Origin: Octopus sinensis | Taxonomy: Eukaryota | Length of the DNA: 64,000 bases | Assembly (NCBI RefSeq): GCF_006345805.1 | Contig: NC_043007.1 | Coordinates: 75,268,001-75,332,000, forward strand | Direction: 5' to 3' | Shown: piece after piece, positions 26,299 to 39,450 of the stretch | Layout of the letters: every line of letters begins with the position of its first letter | How positions within the stretch are numbered: the first letter of the stretch is position 1 | Translations under genes and position numbers: made by a program | Notes under the pieces: generated by a model | Seen by the model: only the letters and a program-made list of their open reading frames with translations | The model's database searches: none | What the model was told of the DNA's origin: nothing

Positions 26299-27219
26299 AC
26301 AATCTATTAAATAATGCATTACAGCTTCTCTACTTTCTAAATATCTGGTAATTTAATGTATTCACATTTGTGCTGTTACCATTATGGTTTCATAATGATG
26401 ATGCTGATGTATGTTGTTGATGTTGTACACCAGTTCAACCTGAACTGAACAGTCTTATATTCAAAGATGTTCTATCCAAAATTATTCCATTTCTTCTTTC
26501 TTTTTTTTTTTTTTGGCATGCAGGTGTTAGAGATGGCTTGTGTACCTTGTCTGCCTTGTGTACTACATTATACAATCTAGCCTTATTACTTGGTAGTGTT
26601 ACTGGAAGGAGATTTGGCTGCTATTTCTAGCAGCTATGAAGGCCCTCTTATTAGCTCGTGATGTCTGTATACAAAGTAGAAGTATTTCTGCATGAGATAC
26701 CAAGATACATATTTATAGCTGATAAAATGAACACCAAGATATATATACTACTAAAATAATAAAACTATTAGCATTACTATGGAAATTCTACAGCTGTTAG
26801 TGCCATGTAAAAGAGCACCAGTACTGGTTCCTCATAAAAAGCACCCAGTACACTCTGTACACTGATTGGCATTAGGAAGGGCATCCAGCCATAGAAAACA
26901 TGTCAAAACAGACAACTGGTGCCTGGTGCAGCTCTGTGAGTTGCCAGTTCCTGTCAGACTGTCCAACCCATGCCAGCATGGAAAACAGATATTAAATGAT
27001 GATGTTGGAAGCTTATAGTGAACTAATCACGGAGAACATTTTTTTTTTTGTTTCTTTTTTGAAGTGTTTGTTTCTTGAGATAATGTAAAGTCAATTGATT
27101 AGTAGTGCTGAAGGTGTGGCTTTAAGAGGGAATACCTTTGAAAACTATCTTCTTTGGTATTTGTCACCTCTTCTACCTTGAGAGTTGTTAAATGTAGTAT
27201 TTATATTTTTGCAAATACT

Positions 27220-27614
27220 AGGCGTAGGAGTGGCTGTGTGGTAAGTAGCTTGTTTACCAACCACATGGTTCCAGGTTCAGTCCCACTGCATGGCACCTTG
27301 GGCAAGTGTCTTCTACTATAGCCTCGGGCCGACCAAAGCCTTGTGAGTGGATTTGGTAGACAGAAACTGAAAGAAGCCCGTCGTATATATGTATATATAT
27401 ATGCGTGTGTGTGTTTGTGTGTCTGTGTTTGTCCCCCTAGCATTGCTTGACAACCGATGCTGGTGTGTTTATGTCCCCGTCACTTAGCGGTTCGGCAAAA
27501 GAGACCGTTAGAATAAGTACTGGGCTTACAAAAGAATAAGTCCCGGGGTTAAAAAAGGCGGTGCTCCAGCATGGCCGCAGTCAAATGACTGAAACAAGTA
27601 AAAGAGTAAAAGAG
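27220..27614 (+). mobile_element. tRNA-derived SINE family B (representative copy)
   Basis: Head AGGCGTAGGAGTGGCTGTGTGGTAAG...GGTTCAGTCC, internal (TA)/(GT) microsatellite and tail GACTGAAACAAGTAAAAGAG. Copies at 38915-39311, 55616-56021, 58071-58478, 59150-59497, 8510-8930, 9870-10210, 15410-16207 and others. Confidence 0.85.
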
Positions 27615-27947
27615 TATGTTCTAGAGGAGCTACAAACAAATTGTCGCTGAGAGAAATATTGATTCACTTTTCTTCATCTTTACATTGTGACTGTTGTTAT
27701 TAAAATTATTGAGCATGTGTTGAAAGAATAACATAATGTATATTGGTGCATGGAACTATACAGATACTAAAAAAAAGAGAGAGAAAGAAAGAGGTATATT
27801 ACACACATACCAGCATAACTAGATGTTCACACACATAAACAGAGAAGAGAGAGAGAGAGTAAAATGTCTCAAATCAAATAAGTGTTGAATCAGTAACATG
27901 AAATAGGCAGCACCAAAATGTCTCAGACCTGTAGCAAATGCTTTAAT

Positions 27948-28174
27948 AACCCTTTAGCATTCAACCCATATCAGGGCCAAATATTCTACTTTTTTTTTTT
28001 TTGTTCAAACCATCCAGATCTGGCCTCTTGCAACTACTCTGCAATGTGATTCTAACAATAAAAAAATCATGTAATTGAAATCTTGAAGCTATGAGACAAC
28101 ACATGATTAATTTAAAGCAGTGTGAACAAATAAGTATCATATCTGACACAGTAATTTGAAGGCTAAAGGGTTAA
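27948..28174. mobile_element. Second TTAA/CCCTTT MITE family
   Basis: TAACCCTTTAGCATTC...GGCTAAAGGGTTAA. Related partial copies near 18880-19030 and 47150-47255. Confidence 0.6.
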
Positions 28175-28462
28175 ACAATGTTACCAAGGAAATGAAATTA
28201 AAGTTAGTCTGTCTATAATATTATTGTTAAAATATAACTACAAGTGTGTGGTTTCAACAGCCCCTAATCTATATCCTTATTTTAATATCAGAGGAAAGTA
28301 AGATGGTAAACTGGTAGAATTGTTAGCAGGCCAGGTAAAATGCTTAGCAGCATTTCGTCCATCTTTGCATTCTGAGTTCAAATTCCTCTGAGGTTAATTT
28401 TGACTTTCATCCTCTTGGGGTTGATAAAATAAGTACCAGTTGAGCAATCAACTTATTCCTAC

Positions 28463-29015
28463 CTCTGAAATTGCTAGCCTGGTGCCAAAATTTGAGACCA
28501 ATATCAGAGAAAAGTTCAGAATTGATATATTTTGTTGTCATCTCTGAAATTGCTAGCCTGGTGCCAAAATTTGAAACCAATATCAGAGAAAAGTTCAGAA
28601 CTAATATATTTTGTTGCCATCTCTGAAATTGCTAGCCTGGTGCCAAAATTTGAAAGCAATATCAGAGAAATGTTCAGAATTGATATATTTTGTTGCCATC
28701 TCTGAAATTTCTAGCCTGGTGCCAAAATTTGAAATCAATATCAGAGAAAAGTTCAGAACTGATATATTTTGTTGCCATCTCTGAAATTGCTAGCCTGGTG
28801 CCAAAATTTGAAACCAATATCAGAGAAAAGTTCAGAACTGATATATTTTGTTGCCATCTCTGAAATTGCTAGCCTGGTGCCAAAATTTGAAAGCAATATC
28901 AGAGAAAAGTTCAGAACTGATATATTTTGTTGCCATCTCTGAAATTGCTAGCCTGGTGCCAAAATTTGAGACCAATATCAGAGAAAAGTTCAGAACTGAT
29001 ATATTTTTGTTGCCA
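28463..29015 (+). repeat. Minisatellite, 7 x 79 bp
   Basis: Unit CTCTGAAATTGCTAGCCTGGTGCCAAAATTTGAAACCAATATCAGAGAAAAGTTCAGAACTGATATATTTTGTTGCCAT starts at 28463, 28542, 28621, 28700, 28779, 28858 and 28937. Confidence 0.95.
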
Positions 29016-29894
29016 AGTCTAGAAAGCCAATTGACTATAGATGCTCTGACATTGGCTCATATGCTATCATATAGTCTACTATAATGATATTTATTTATTT
29101 CTTGTAGTATGTTATCAACCATTGAGAACTAAATAATTACTTCATGGTCCTGAAGAGAAAACCATATCTCTTTGATGCAAATTTTAACAAAATATATAAC
29201 GACATCTACATATGTGTATGGTTAACAGTTTGGTATCATAGTTTTATTTCAATGGCTTTCACTTTAACCTTATGTGACCCTAACCCAACATTCCACAACT
29301 AAGTTGTGCTTTTTTTTTTTTTTTTTCATGTTCACCCTGTAACCTCTGATGTTCAGTGCTAATGTCAATGTTGAGTACAAATTAGAAGCCAACACTTTAC
29401 CCAAACAAACTGCTATCTTTCATTTCTACTGCTTAGCTTTACTTAAAGACAAGCATTTCGGTTAGAAATTATTCTCCCAATTTCTCAGTTAATGAAATCT
29501 TATTCCAGTTACCTCATCAACAAAATTTTATTTGTAAAATATTGTCCCTTCATCAATGAATTCTGAGTTATGACACAACATACATTATGACAAACATTGA
29601 TTTTTTAAAATTTCATTTTTTGATTTAAAAAGGTTGATGCTATGTATAAAGCAAACAACTGTGTGGGTAACACATAAAAAGCATTCAGTACACTCTGTAA
29701 ATTGGTTGGTGTTATGAGGGATATCCTGCTGTAGAAATCATATCAACACAGACATTTGAAGCCTGTTGCAGCTCTCCAGCTTGTCATGTCTTGTCAAACC
29801 ATCCAACCTATGCCAGCATAGGTGGTGGCAGTGGTGGTGGTGGTGGTGGTAGCAGCAGCTATGATGTAGTAGTGATGGTGGTGGTAGTGATAGT

Positions 29895-30230
29895 GAAGGC
29901 ACATGGCTCAGTGGTTAGAGCGTCGAGCTTACGATTTTGAGGTTGTGAGCTTGAATCCCGGACCGGGCTGCGTGTTGTGTTCTTGAGCAAGACACTTTAT
30001 TTCACGTTGCTCCAGTTCACTCAGCTGTAGAAATGAGTTGCGACGTCACAGGTACCAAACTGTATCAGCTGTTGCCTTTCCCTTGGATAACACTGATGGC
30101 GTGGAGAGGGGAGGCCGGTATGCATGGGTGACTGCTGGTCTTCCATAAACAACGTTGCCTAGACTTGTGCCTGGGAGGGTAACTTTCTAGGTGCAATCCC
30201 ATGGGCTGTGTCATGACTGAAGGGAGTCTT
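29895..30230 (+). mobile_element. tRNA-derived SINE family D
   Basis: Head GGCACATGGCTCAGTGGTTAGAGCG, then the central domain TTGTGTTCTTGAGCAAGACACTTTATTTCAC shared with 1-197 (minus) and 37065-37290. Confidence 0.7.
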
Positions 30231-30375
30231 AAGTAGTGACAGCAACAGTGATGATGTAGTAGTGGTGGTGGTGGGGGTGGTTATCTCTGGAAGGATAGTC
30301 ATTTTAATAAATATAACTCCTGATTCGCTACCTATTAAAAGTTGTTGACATTCATCTTTTTCCTTTATTTTTCAG

Positions 30376-30609
30376 TGTAACTGTACTGAATTTCAAAAAA
30401 ATGTGATTGAAAAGTGTGATGAATTAATAGAGTCAATCAGAGCCCGTCGGCAATATTTGTTAGATACTCTAAATAATGAAAAAGAAATGAAAATTTTGAC
30501 ACTGAAAGAACAAGTTTCCCATTGTACCAGCCTTCTACAACGTACCACTGGACTACTTCAGTTTGGTATTGAAGTCTTAAAAGAAAGTGATGCCTTCTCT
30601 TTTTTACAG
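30376..30609 (+). CDS. TRIM9: TRIM9-like coiled-coil exon (CNCTEFQKNVIEKCDELIES...EVLKESDAFSFLQ)
   Basis: 234 bp, tttcag/gtaatt, phase 0/0, inside ORF 30403-30708. Matches the TRIM9 pattern QCDALI...QISHCT..LRQTTGL.EY.LEV.KE.D...FLQ. Confidence 0.95.
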
Positions 30610-30699
30610 GTAATTCTATGTTTTAATGAAAATTGTTTGAAGTATTTTTTGGTTATAACTCTGGACTCTGAATCCAGCAATCTGAGTTCAGATTTCGAT

Positions 30700-31075
30700 G
30701 GAACCTAATTTGTTCGTATATTTTCTAGAGAGTGACTGACAAAGGTTTTGCTGAGTTTGTCCAGTGCAAATTGCTACTGACAGTAATGCCCAAGTCATGT
30801 TCACAAGAAAACTTCTTGATATTAGTGTTGTGGAGAGAGTATGTGGACGCTGGGTTTTTCCTCCCAAAATGCATGGTGGTACACTAGTCCACAGCCAGCT
30901 TGAGTTGCCAGTCCATGATCCATTGTTGCATTGTGTCTAGGTCTGATTGCAGGAAAGATCTATAGTGTTCAGGATCTGTCTGTTTTATCTCAAGATACAG
31001 CTTGATGTCATCTGCATATTTCAGCACTATGGCATTCTTTAAGTTGGCATCTGAGTCATTAATGTATGCTCACTT
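30700..31075 (-). mobile_element. CR1/L2-type LINE RT fragment
   Basis: YIND...KYADDIKLY...LQSDLD.MQQW...WQLKL...DLGITVSS.L.W. Confidence 0.8.
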
Positions 31076-31569
31076 TTATTAGTTACAACTCAAGGTCTGT
31101 GATCATGCTGTGGTACCAGCATTATTATATGTTTCTATCAAACTTTACTTCTATCTTACAAATTATTCGAAAATCATCTAAGCAACAAGGTTGTTTGGGA
31201 GCAAGTGTTTTTTATGTGTTTGAGACAAAAAAAAATTTCAAATACTGAAAACTGTGTTACCATAATTCATAGGAAATTCCAAAATTCCTAATAGAAAATG
31301 TAATATAAATGCTTGTGCTATGACACCTTTTGTATATCAATTTATGACATTACTTTAACAGTACACCACCATAGAACTGGATATGAATTTATGATTGCTT
31401 TACTTTTTCATTTTAACTCCTTGATTAGATGCAAAAAATAAAATTCACCTTTGTCAGGTATAGCTCGTCAATATTCTGTATTTCTCATCTGATGACTTTT
31501 TCTCTTTTTTCCAGATAATAATGGTTGTTTATTTTATATTCTGTTTCACTGAGGTCATTTCTCTTTCAG

Positions 31570-31726
31570 ATTTCCAATGCTTTGATAAATCGCGTTTCTA
31601 CAGCTGATGAAAATTTCAACAGAGAAATTGAATTAACAGCTCGAGTTTCACCAAAATTTGAATTAGGGTTTGACAACGAACACATCTTACAATCAATAGA
31701 GAATATGGACTTTTATGAAATGAAAG
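31570..31726 (+). CDS. TRIM9: TRIM9-like COS-box exon (ISNALINRVSTADENF...LQSIENMDFYEMK)
   Basis: 157 bp, tttcag/gtaagg, phase 0/1. Matches ISDALI.RV...FDL.LD...LLQSI.QLDF..K. Confidence 0.95.
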
Positions 31727-31983
31727 GTAAGGGATTTTACTTGTTCTTTCAATATGATATTGAGGTGCTATCATCATTGTTTTAATGTCCCCTTTTCCAC
31801 ACTTGCATGGGTCAAACGGAGTTTATTGAAGCAAATTTTCTATAGCCAGCTGCCTTTCCTATTGCTGACTCTCACCTGTTTTCAAGCGTGGAAATATTTC
31901 CCCATGGCTAGACATGTTTTTGCGGAATATTGGAAATGAGTGGTGGTTAAATAAATAAACAATGTTTCTCTTGTTTCTTGCAG

Positions 31984-32123
31984 CTCCTGGCCAGCCTGTG
32001 ATAATTCCTGAAGACTGTAGTGCTGAGAATAACAGTGTTACCATAGCATGGCAGCCTCATCCAAGTGGTATTGTTGAAACTTTTACTTTGGAACTGGATG
32101 ATGGCAACAGTGGAGATTTTAGG
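31984..32123 (+). CDS. TRIM9: TRIM9-like FN3 exon 1 (APGQPVIIPEDCSAENNSVTIAWQPHP...LELDDGNSGDFR)
   Basis: 140 bp, ttgcag/gttagt, phase 1/0, frame-compatible with the previous exon. LELDDG.GG.FR is a TRIM9-subfamily FN3 motif. Confidence 0.95.
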
Positions 32124-33419
32124 GTTAGTAAATATTCTTTCTATTTTGAGCACAGAGGGGGAGAGAGTAAGCCAATTACGTCAACCCCATTACTCAACTG
32201 GTACTTATTTTTACCAACCCCAAAAGGATGAAAGGCAGAGTTGATCTTAGAATATGATCTCAAAATGTAACGAAATGGAAGAAATACTGCTAAGCATGTT
32301 ACCTGACATGTTAACAATTCTGCCAGCTTGGCATAAAACTTATGGAAAGCCATGTCTCAGCAAGACTCAGAGCACTGCATCTAAGTGTTGTAGTTTCTAT
32401 AACTGACTTGAGAGTATTGCTCTCATTGGTCATTTTGCCACAATGGATTTAATCAGTCTGAACAATCTATACTTTTGCATGATCTTATTGATGTTTTTAC
32501 AGCTGGCTGTTCTTGTTGCAGACAACTAATCATCTACAATTGTGGGCAAAAGTTTGGAACATAGGTCTGAAAATTAGAATTTTTATATTAACTGCTCAAA
32601 TAAATATGCCGTATATATACGAATCAAATTGTACTTGGGCAAAACAATTTCATTTTTTTTTTTAAATGTCCCAAGTTTTTGGCCACAACTGTATGCATCA
32701 TCATCATCTTCGTTTAACATCTGTTTTCCATGCTGGCATGGGTTGGACAGTTTGGCAGGAGATGGCAACCCATAGAGCTGCACCAGGCTCCAATTGCCTG
32801 TTTTGGCAAGGTTTCTATAGCTGGTTGCCCTTTCTAATGTCAACCACTTCACAGAGTGTACTGGGTGCCACCAGCACAGATACTTTTGATGTGGCACCAG
32901 CATGGATCAAGAAAAAATTTTTACTTTGTTGTTTTCAAATAACCTGCCTGCTATGAAAGGAATCTGATATAAAGTCTGTAACATAATTTAAATGACTTTC
33001 AGTTTTCTTCTTCTGTGACTTCAGATTAAAAAAAAAAACAACTAGATGTTTGCTAGGCACAGGCGTGGTGTGGTGTGGGCAAGTAGTTTTCTTCCCAACC
33101 ACATGATTTTTGGATCAGTCCCACTGTGTAGCACCTTGGGCATGTGTCTTTTACCATAGCCCTGAGCTGAGTAAAGCCTTGTGAGTAGATTTGGTAGACA
33201 AAAATTGAAAGAAGTCCATTGTAATATATGTATGTGTGTGTTTTTCTCATATTGCATGATTGTTGTTTGGCCATGGGTAAACGGTAAGAGTTGGCAACAA
33301 GAAGGGCATCTGGTCATAGAAAATTTGTCTTGGCAAATTCTGTCCAATCCATGCAAGAATAGAAAAGCAGACCTAGATGCACAGGGGCAATAAACACCAA
33401 AGATGCTCAGAAAACAGAT

Positions 33420-33645
33420 TCCATCACATGCCAGAGGAAGAAACTAGAAGTAGTTGATAGCTTCCGCTACCTAGGTGACCAAGTCTGTAGTGGGGGTGAA
33501 TGCTCAGGGAGCATTGCACTAGAATAAGAATATCCTGGGCTAAGTTCAGAAAGCTCCTACCTTTACTGGTGATAGAGGGCCTCTTGCTCAGAGTGTAAGG
33601 TAGACTGTATGATGCATGTGTGCATACTGCTATGAACACATGCAT
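33420..33645 (+). mobile_element. RTE LINE RT fragment
   Basis: LEVVDSFRYLGD...RIRISWAKFRKLLPLL...GRLYDACV. Confidence 0.7.
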
Positions 33646-33913
33646 ACACCAGGCCAGCAAATTCAAGGGAGGGGTAATTCCATTACATCAACCCCAATGC
33701 TCAGTTGGTACTTATTATATTGACCTCAAAAGGCTGAAAGGCAAAGTCAGTTTCAGCAGAACTTGAACTCAGAAAATAAAGACGGATGAAATGTTGCTAG
33801 TCATTTTGCCCAGCAAGCTAACAATTCTGCCATTTTGCCACCCTAATCCTGTGTAGTATTGAGTATGACTAAACAGTCTGACAAAAACTGATGTAGCTGC
33901 TGTATAAAACTAA

Positions 33914-34114
<201 letters not shown>

Positions 34115-34606
34115 TAATTATTTCAGTCATTAGACTGTGGCCATGCTAGGGGCCCTACCTTCAAGAACTTTAGTTGAATGAATTGACCTCACTACTAGTT
34201 CTTCCTTTTAAGCCCAGTACTTATTAAAATGATAATAATAAAAAATCAATGGAAATTGTAGTTGTGATCCCTGTGCCGGTGGCACGTAAAATGCACCATC
34301 CAAACATGGCTGATGCCAGTGCCGCCCTGACTGGCTTCCATGCCGGTGGCACGTAAAAAGCACCAATCTGATCGTGGCCGTTACCAGCCTCACCTGGCAC
34401 TTGTGCTGGTGGCATGTAAAAAGCACCTACTACACTCACGGAGTGGTTGGCATTAGGAAGGGCATCCAGCTGTAGAAACACTGCCAGATCAGACTGGAGC
34501 CTGGTGCAGCCTTCTGGCTTTCCAGATCCCAGTTGAACCGTCCAACCCATGCTAGCATGGAGAACGGACTTTAAACGATGACGACAATGATGATGATGAT
34601 GATGAT

Positions 34607-34985
34607 GAATGAAATTATTGTATTCAGTGCTCAGGTGCACCACAACTTGTCATAAGTGCGTATAAAGCATATGCAGTAATGTACAAATGTCTGGGGAGTG
34701 AACAGTGTATGAGTCAGATACATGCTTGCGTGTGTATGGAGGGGAGAAAATCAGGTGTAGTGTTGGCGAATCTCAGGAAGCATGGAAGTTTTGAAGGATG
34801 CAGTGCTCCGACAACTAACAACTGATGCTGGCAGTTTGTTCCATGCTTCAGCAACTCTTAGTGTGAAAAAATGTTTCCGAAAGTCATGGGAGCTGTGCTG
34901 TTTTCTGACTTTGTAAACATGTCCACGGGTGTTTGACAGATGGAGTTTGAAAAGGTGCTCAGAGTTACTGTTTGTAAGATGGTTA
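34607..34985 (-). mobile_element. CR1-type LINE 3' end
   Basis: HLTNSNSEHLFKL...RGHVYKVRKQHSSHDFRKHFFTLRVAEAWNKLP. Further copies at 46720-47095 and 54577-54966. Confidence 0.8.
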
Positions 34986-35375
34986 ATGATAATAATAATA
35001 ATAATTATTATTATTATTATTCAAATGAGTGCCAAGATTGATGAAAGCAAAGTTAGAAAGAAGAGAGCTCACAAAATAAAAATTGAAATCATCAAGGGAA
35101 GATTTAAAAGCATTTAACACTTTACCGGTTGTCATATTATTGTTTTCATTAAGTAAATGAAGCAGGCACGTTTTATACATGTATTGTCATTTACGTTTTT
35201 GAAGAACTGAGCTATTTGTGTCTATAGTAAAGGGGCTTAATCCATAAAATACTTAACATTATGTTATATCCTGTTACATCCCCATTTATCAAATGAAAAA
35301 TTATAAATTTCTAATCAATGTTCTAGTTACATACGAAGTCCTTAAGCTTTGCCGAGAGCTTTCTTATTGTCACAG

Positions 35376-35422
35376 GGTGGCCTAATATCGCTGGTGGTTG
35401 GTCAGTCTGCACTTGTATGTAG
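35376..35422 (+). CDS. Candidate TRIM9 alternative exon: 39-nt cassette (35376-35414) or terminal GWPNIAGGWSVCTCM*
   Basis: Acceptor ctttcttattgtcacag, open in phase 1. A donor GTATGT at 35415 gives a symmetric 39-nt exon; read-through stops at 35420-35422. No homology support. Confidence 0.25.
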
Positions 35423-36021
35423 CAGGACCTCTGTAGGCTGATGCTGATGAATTATGTCTGACCAGTCTTCCATCCTTGTGCATTCTGACGACTTAGCTAC
35501 GTGGTTCCATGCTTTTATCTACAACTGTTGCTGGTTACCATGTGTTATTTTCTTGAAGGACACTCTTTGTTGCCTATAACTAATTCAGAAAGGTCTTTTA
35601 CATTTCTATTGTAGTACTGTTCACATTTTTTGCTTTTGTGCTAAGCAAGACATAATTGCACTTTAGTTTTTCTAAAGCAGATTTTATATGTGCTTTATCT
35701 TCTATTTACATCTTTGTACTGAGCTGTTTATGTATATATATATATGCAATTAAAGGAATTTAATCCATAAAATGTTTATAAGTTTGTCTTAAACATCCAT
35801 GCTTGTTTTCAGACTTTTAGTTGGCTCTTGTTTCCTGCATTCTGAGTAATATAAAGCTGTCCTTTCATAAGTCCCAAGTTGCTCTGGTGGCTAAAAAAAA
35901 AATTGAGAATGCATATCATGTGATGCATGGACATCAGGGAAGCATGTCCTGTATATTACATGTAACAGGACAGTCAAAGGTTTAAAATATCCTAATAATT
36001 TTAAGAATTGAACAATATTGC

Positions 36022-36298
36022 TTTTGTTGTGTTTAGGGAGGGTCATTATGCCAATAAAATTAACACAGACACTGGTTCAATTCCACTCCTTTATTTTAAA
36101 TCAATTGGTTAAGTATCCAACAAATTAATCAAATAGTCATTGAAAAGGTTGCAAGTAGCAATGCAAGAGCTTTGACAAACAAAGACAAAACAAATTAAAC
36201 AGTTATTTAACCAATTGACTAATAATAAAGGAGTGGAATTGAACCAGTGCATGTGTTAATTATATTGGCATAATGACTCTCCCTGGACACAACAAAAC
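36022..36298. mobile_element. Fold-back MITE with about 90-bp inverted arms
   Basis: Arms at 36022-36112 and 36207-36298 are imperfect reverse complements. The TIR start is related to 50019-50233. Confidence 0.7.
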
Positions 36299-36381
36299 TT
36301 GTTTCAACACATGAATTCACATAAAGAACCCTGCAAACTAGATACAAAAATAAAGAATAGTATTGCTCATTTTAATGTAAA

Positions 36382-36780
36382 CTAGCAGTATCGCCTGGCG
36401 TTGCCCGGGTTTGTTTCGACCCTTTACTTTAGAATTGAAATTTTTGAAAAGTAAAAATTTTTTCATTATGTAGTTTGTTCTTCTCTTTAAGTGAACATTT
36501 TTCTGGTTGAAATACACCAAAAAATGGCGACACAGCAGTAAAAAAATCGTAAAAAATTGGGATTTTCATAGAAAAAAAAGCACCTTTTTGATGTAAATAA
36601 TTTTTAGTGTTAACATGGTCCGATTTGAATTTTTTCTTCTACGGAAGGAAGAGCAAGCCTTCTTCTATCATACTTTCAATTTTGGTCAACTTGCACCGTA
36701 GGGTCTCAGAGGAGATAGTGTTAGTTGAAGGCTACCAAAACTGCCATACACAGACAACTTCAGCTTTATATAGAGAGAGA
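36382..36780 (-). mobile_element. Non-autonomous Helitron
   Basis: Same family as 17452-17827, with Helitron termini and a subterminal hairpin. Confidence 0.8.
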
Positions 36781-36888
36781 TTTAGTCTTCTATACAGCAT
36801 AGGTAACATGTCTTTCTGTGATGTGAGACAAATATTGAAATTAATTTGTATTACTCCACTTCAATATTTAAAATTTATCTTTTTGCAG

Positions 36889-36932
36889 GATTTGCAGTTC
36901 CATTTGCTTGCCTTAATGTCGCTTCAAATCAG
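36889..36932 (+). CDS. Candidate TRIM9 alternative 44-nt exon (GFAVPFACLNVASNQ)
   Basis: Strong acceptor atttatctttttgcag and donor CAG/gtaatt. Open in phase 1 and ends in phase 0. No homology support. Confidence 0.35.
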
Positions 36933-39062
36933 GTAATTGTTTATCTTTTTTACATATATTTTCATTTATGACAATAAATGTAGAGCTTCTCTTGATGAGA
37001 ATTCTTTTCCATTCTTCTAGATATGGTAGATTTTGAGATACCAGAGCAGAAATTCAGTGAAGGTGCTTGGCCTAGCAGTTGGGGTGTTGAATTAGCAATT
37101 TAACAATCTTGGTTTTGGTTCCTGAACCGGTCGGTGCATTGTGTTCTTGAGTAAAACACTTCATTTCATGTTGCTCCAGTCCACTCAGCTGAAAATGAGT
37201 CACCCTGCAACAGACCAGCATCCTGCATAGGGGGAATGTCATGATCTCAGACACTTATATGCCGTGGAAACCAGGTAACTGGCCTAATGTATCACAGTAA
37301 ACACTCAAGAAAGCAACCAGTCAAGTTTCTCTGAACTCCACCCAGGGCCATCTCTCCTCTTATCACTGCTATTGTCTTGAGCTTTCTGCTAACCACTTTA
37401 TCCAATCTTTTCTCCTCTGCAAATTCTCTCTCCTGCCATGCTTTCGCTGCAGCTATTAACTCATTGATGATCCAACCGAACTTCAGTCAATTGTAGTCGT
37501 GATACCTGTGCCGGTGGCACGTAAAAAGCACCATCCGAATATGGCCAATGCCAGCGCCACCTTGACTGGCTTCTGTGCCGGTAGCACGTAAAAAGCACCA
37601 ACCGATCGTGGCCGCTACAAGCCTCACCTGACACCTGTGCCGGTGGCACGTAAAAAGCACCCACTACACTCATGGAGTGGTTGGCGTTAGGAAGGGCATC
37701 CAGCTGTAGAAACAGTGCCAGATCAGACTGGAGCCTGGTGCAGCCTCCTGGCTTACCAGACCCCAGTTGAACCGTCCAACCCGTGCTAGCACAGAAAACG
37801 GACGTTAAACGATGATGATGATGATGATTTCATCAATCTTACATTTCATGTCCTTTAAAATTTGCTGCACAATCAGAACAATTATACTGTGTTATTGTCA
37901 GCTGTTGTAAAAATTTTATATCAGCTACAAAAAGTTTATAAAAGTAAACTATAATAAAGGATATTTCTTTGCCAAAAATTACAATGGCCAAACATGATAC
38001 TGAATCCAATTTTACTTTCAACAGTAACATATACAGTGTCTTCAACAAGCCAGCAAGGGAGAAACTTCTGTGCTAGAAATAGTAGTAAAATCTTCCACAG
38101 TTCTTACCACACTATCTTAAGAATGGATAAACTGGATGATTTAGTCTTGGATATACAAAATAAATGAATGACCAAAATCTACAACATCTTTTGTTGATCA
38201 GAGCTAACTTGGAATTAATATCATTGAAGATTATCTTATTCCTATCAATAAGGGATATTCCATCAATCATAGTTTTTCTTAATCCATTTCTGATGAATAT
38301 ATAATGAGTTTTCTCATTTAAATAACTTCTACAAATACTTATCTTTTTTTTGGTCATTGAGACCATCTTAAAAGGTTTAGTCAAACAAATCAATCCCAGT
38401 CCATATCTTTTTCTTTTTTTTTACCAAAGCTTGATGCTTTTCTGTTGGTCTCTTGTGCTAAATTGCTAAGTTACACAGACAAACCCACACCCATTGTTAA
38501 GCAGAGTGTGTTGGGGCAAACACATACATGCATATTTTATATGTGTGACAGGCTTCCATCTACCAAATTCACTCACAAGCCATTGGTCAGCTCAGGGCTG
38601 ATACTAGAGGACACTTGCCCAAGATGCCACATGGTTAGCTGATTAAATATTGATCCTGTCAGTGCTGGTGCCACATAATAAATCACCCAGTACACTCTGT
38701 AAAAGTGGTTGGTGTTAGGAAGAACATCCAGCTGTCTCTAGACCATGGCAAAACAGACAATGGAACTTGGTGTGGCTCCTAGGCTTGCTAGCTCCTGTCA
38801 AGCCATCCAACCCATGTCAGCATGCAGAACAGATGTTAAATGATGATGATGATGAAAAACAAGAAGTTTAATCAGATGCTTATACATTAATGTTTCTATA
38901 GTTTTCTCAACTGTAGGCGCAGGAGTGGCTGTGTGGTAAGTAGCTTGTTTACCAACCACATGATTCCGGGTTCATTCCCACTGTGTCTTCTACTATAGCC
39001 TCGGGCCGACCAAAGCCTTGTGAGTGGATATGGTAGACGGAAACTGAAAGAAGCCTGCCGTA

Positions 39063-39118
<56 letters not shown>

Positions 39119-39367
39119 AGTGTGTGTCTGTGTTTGTCCCCCCCCCCCCAACATTGCTTGACAACCGATGCTGGTGTGTTTACGTCCCTGTAACTTAGCA
39201 GTTTTGTGAAAGCGACCAATAGAATAAGTCCTGGGGTCGATTTGCTCGGCTAAAGGCGGTGCTCCAGCATGGCTACAGTCAAATGACTGAAACAAGTAAA
39301 AGAGTAAAGAGTAATCTAAAGATAATGTTTATTTTACAAATGACTCTTTGTTTCTTTCTAATTTCAG

Positions 39368-39450
39368 TGGCATCGTTTTGTTTGAATTTCAACTTCAGGC
39401 AGCTGGCAAATGGAATCCTTCACCGAAAACAAACGAAGTACATTAATTAA
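39368..39450 (+). CDS. Candidate SPRY-less terminal exon of TRIM9 (VASFCLNFNFRQLANGILHRKQTKYIN*)
   Basis: Acceptor tttgtttctttctaatttcag. The phase-1 join G+TG gives V-A-S-F-C-L-N, echoing the VAWFxxD start that normally follows LQTxE. Followed by non-coding AT-rich sequence. Confidence 0.45.

Noticed and set aside
28463-29015. CRISPR-like regular repeats
   Set aside because: Contiguous tandem units without unique spacers, eukaryotic context and no cas genes.
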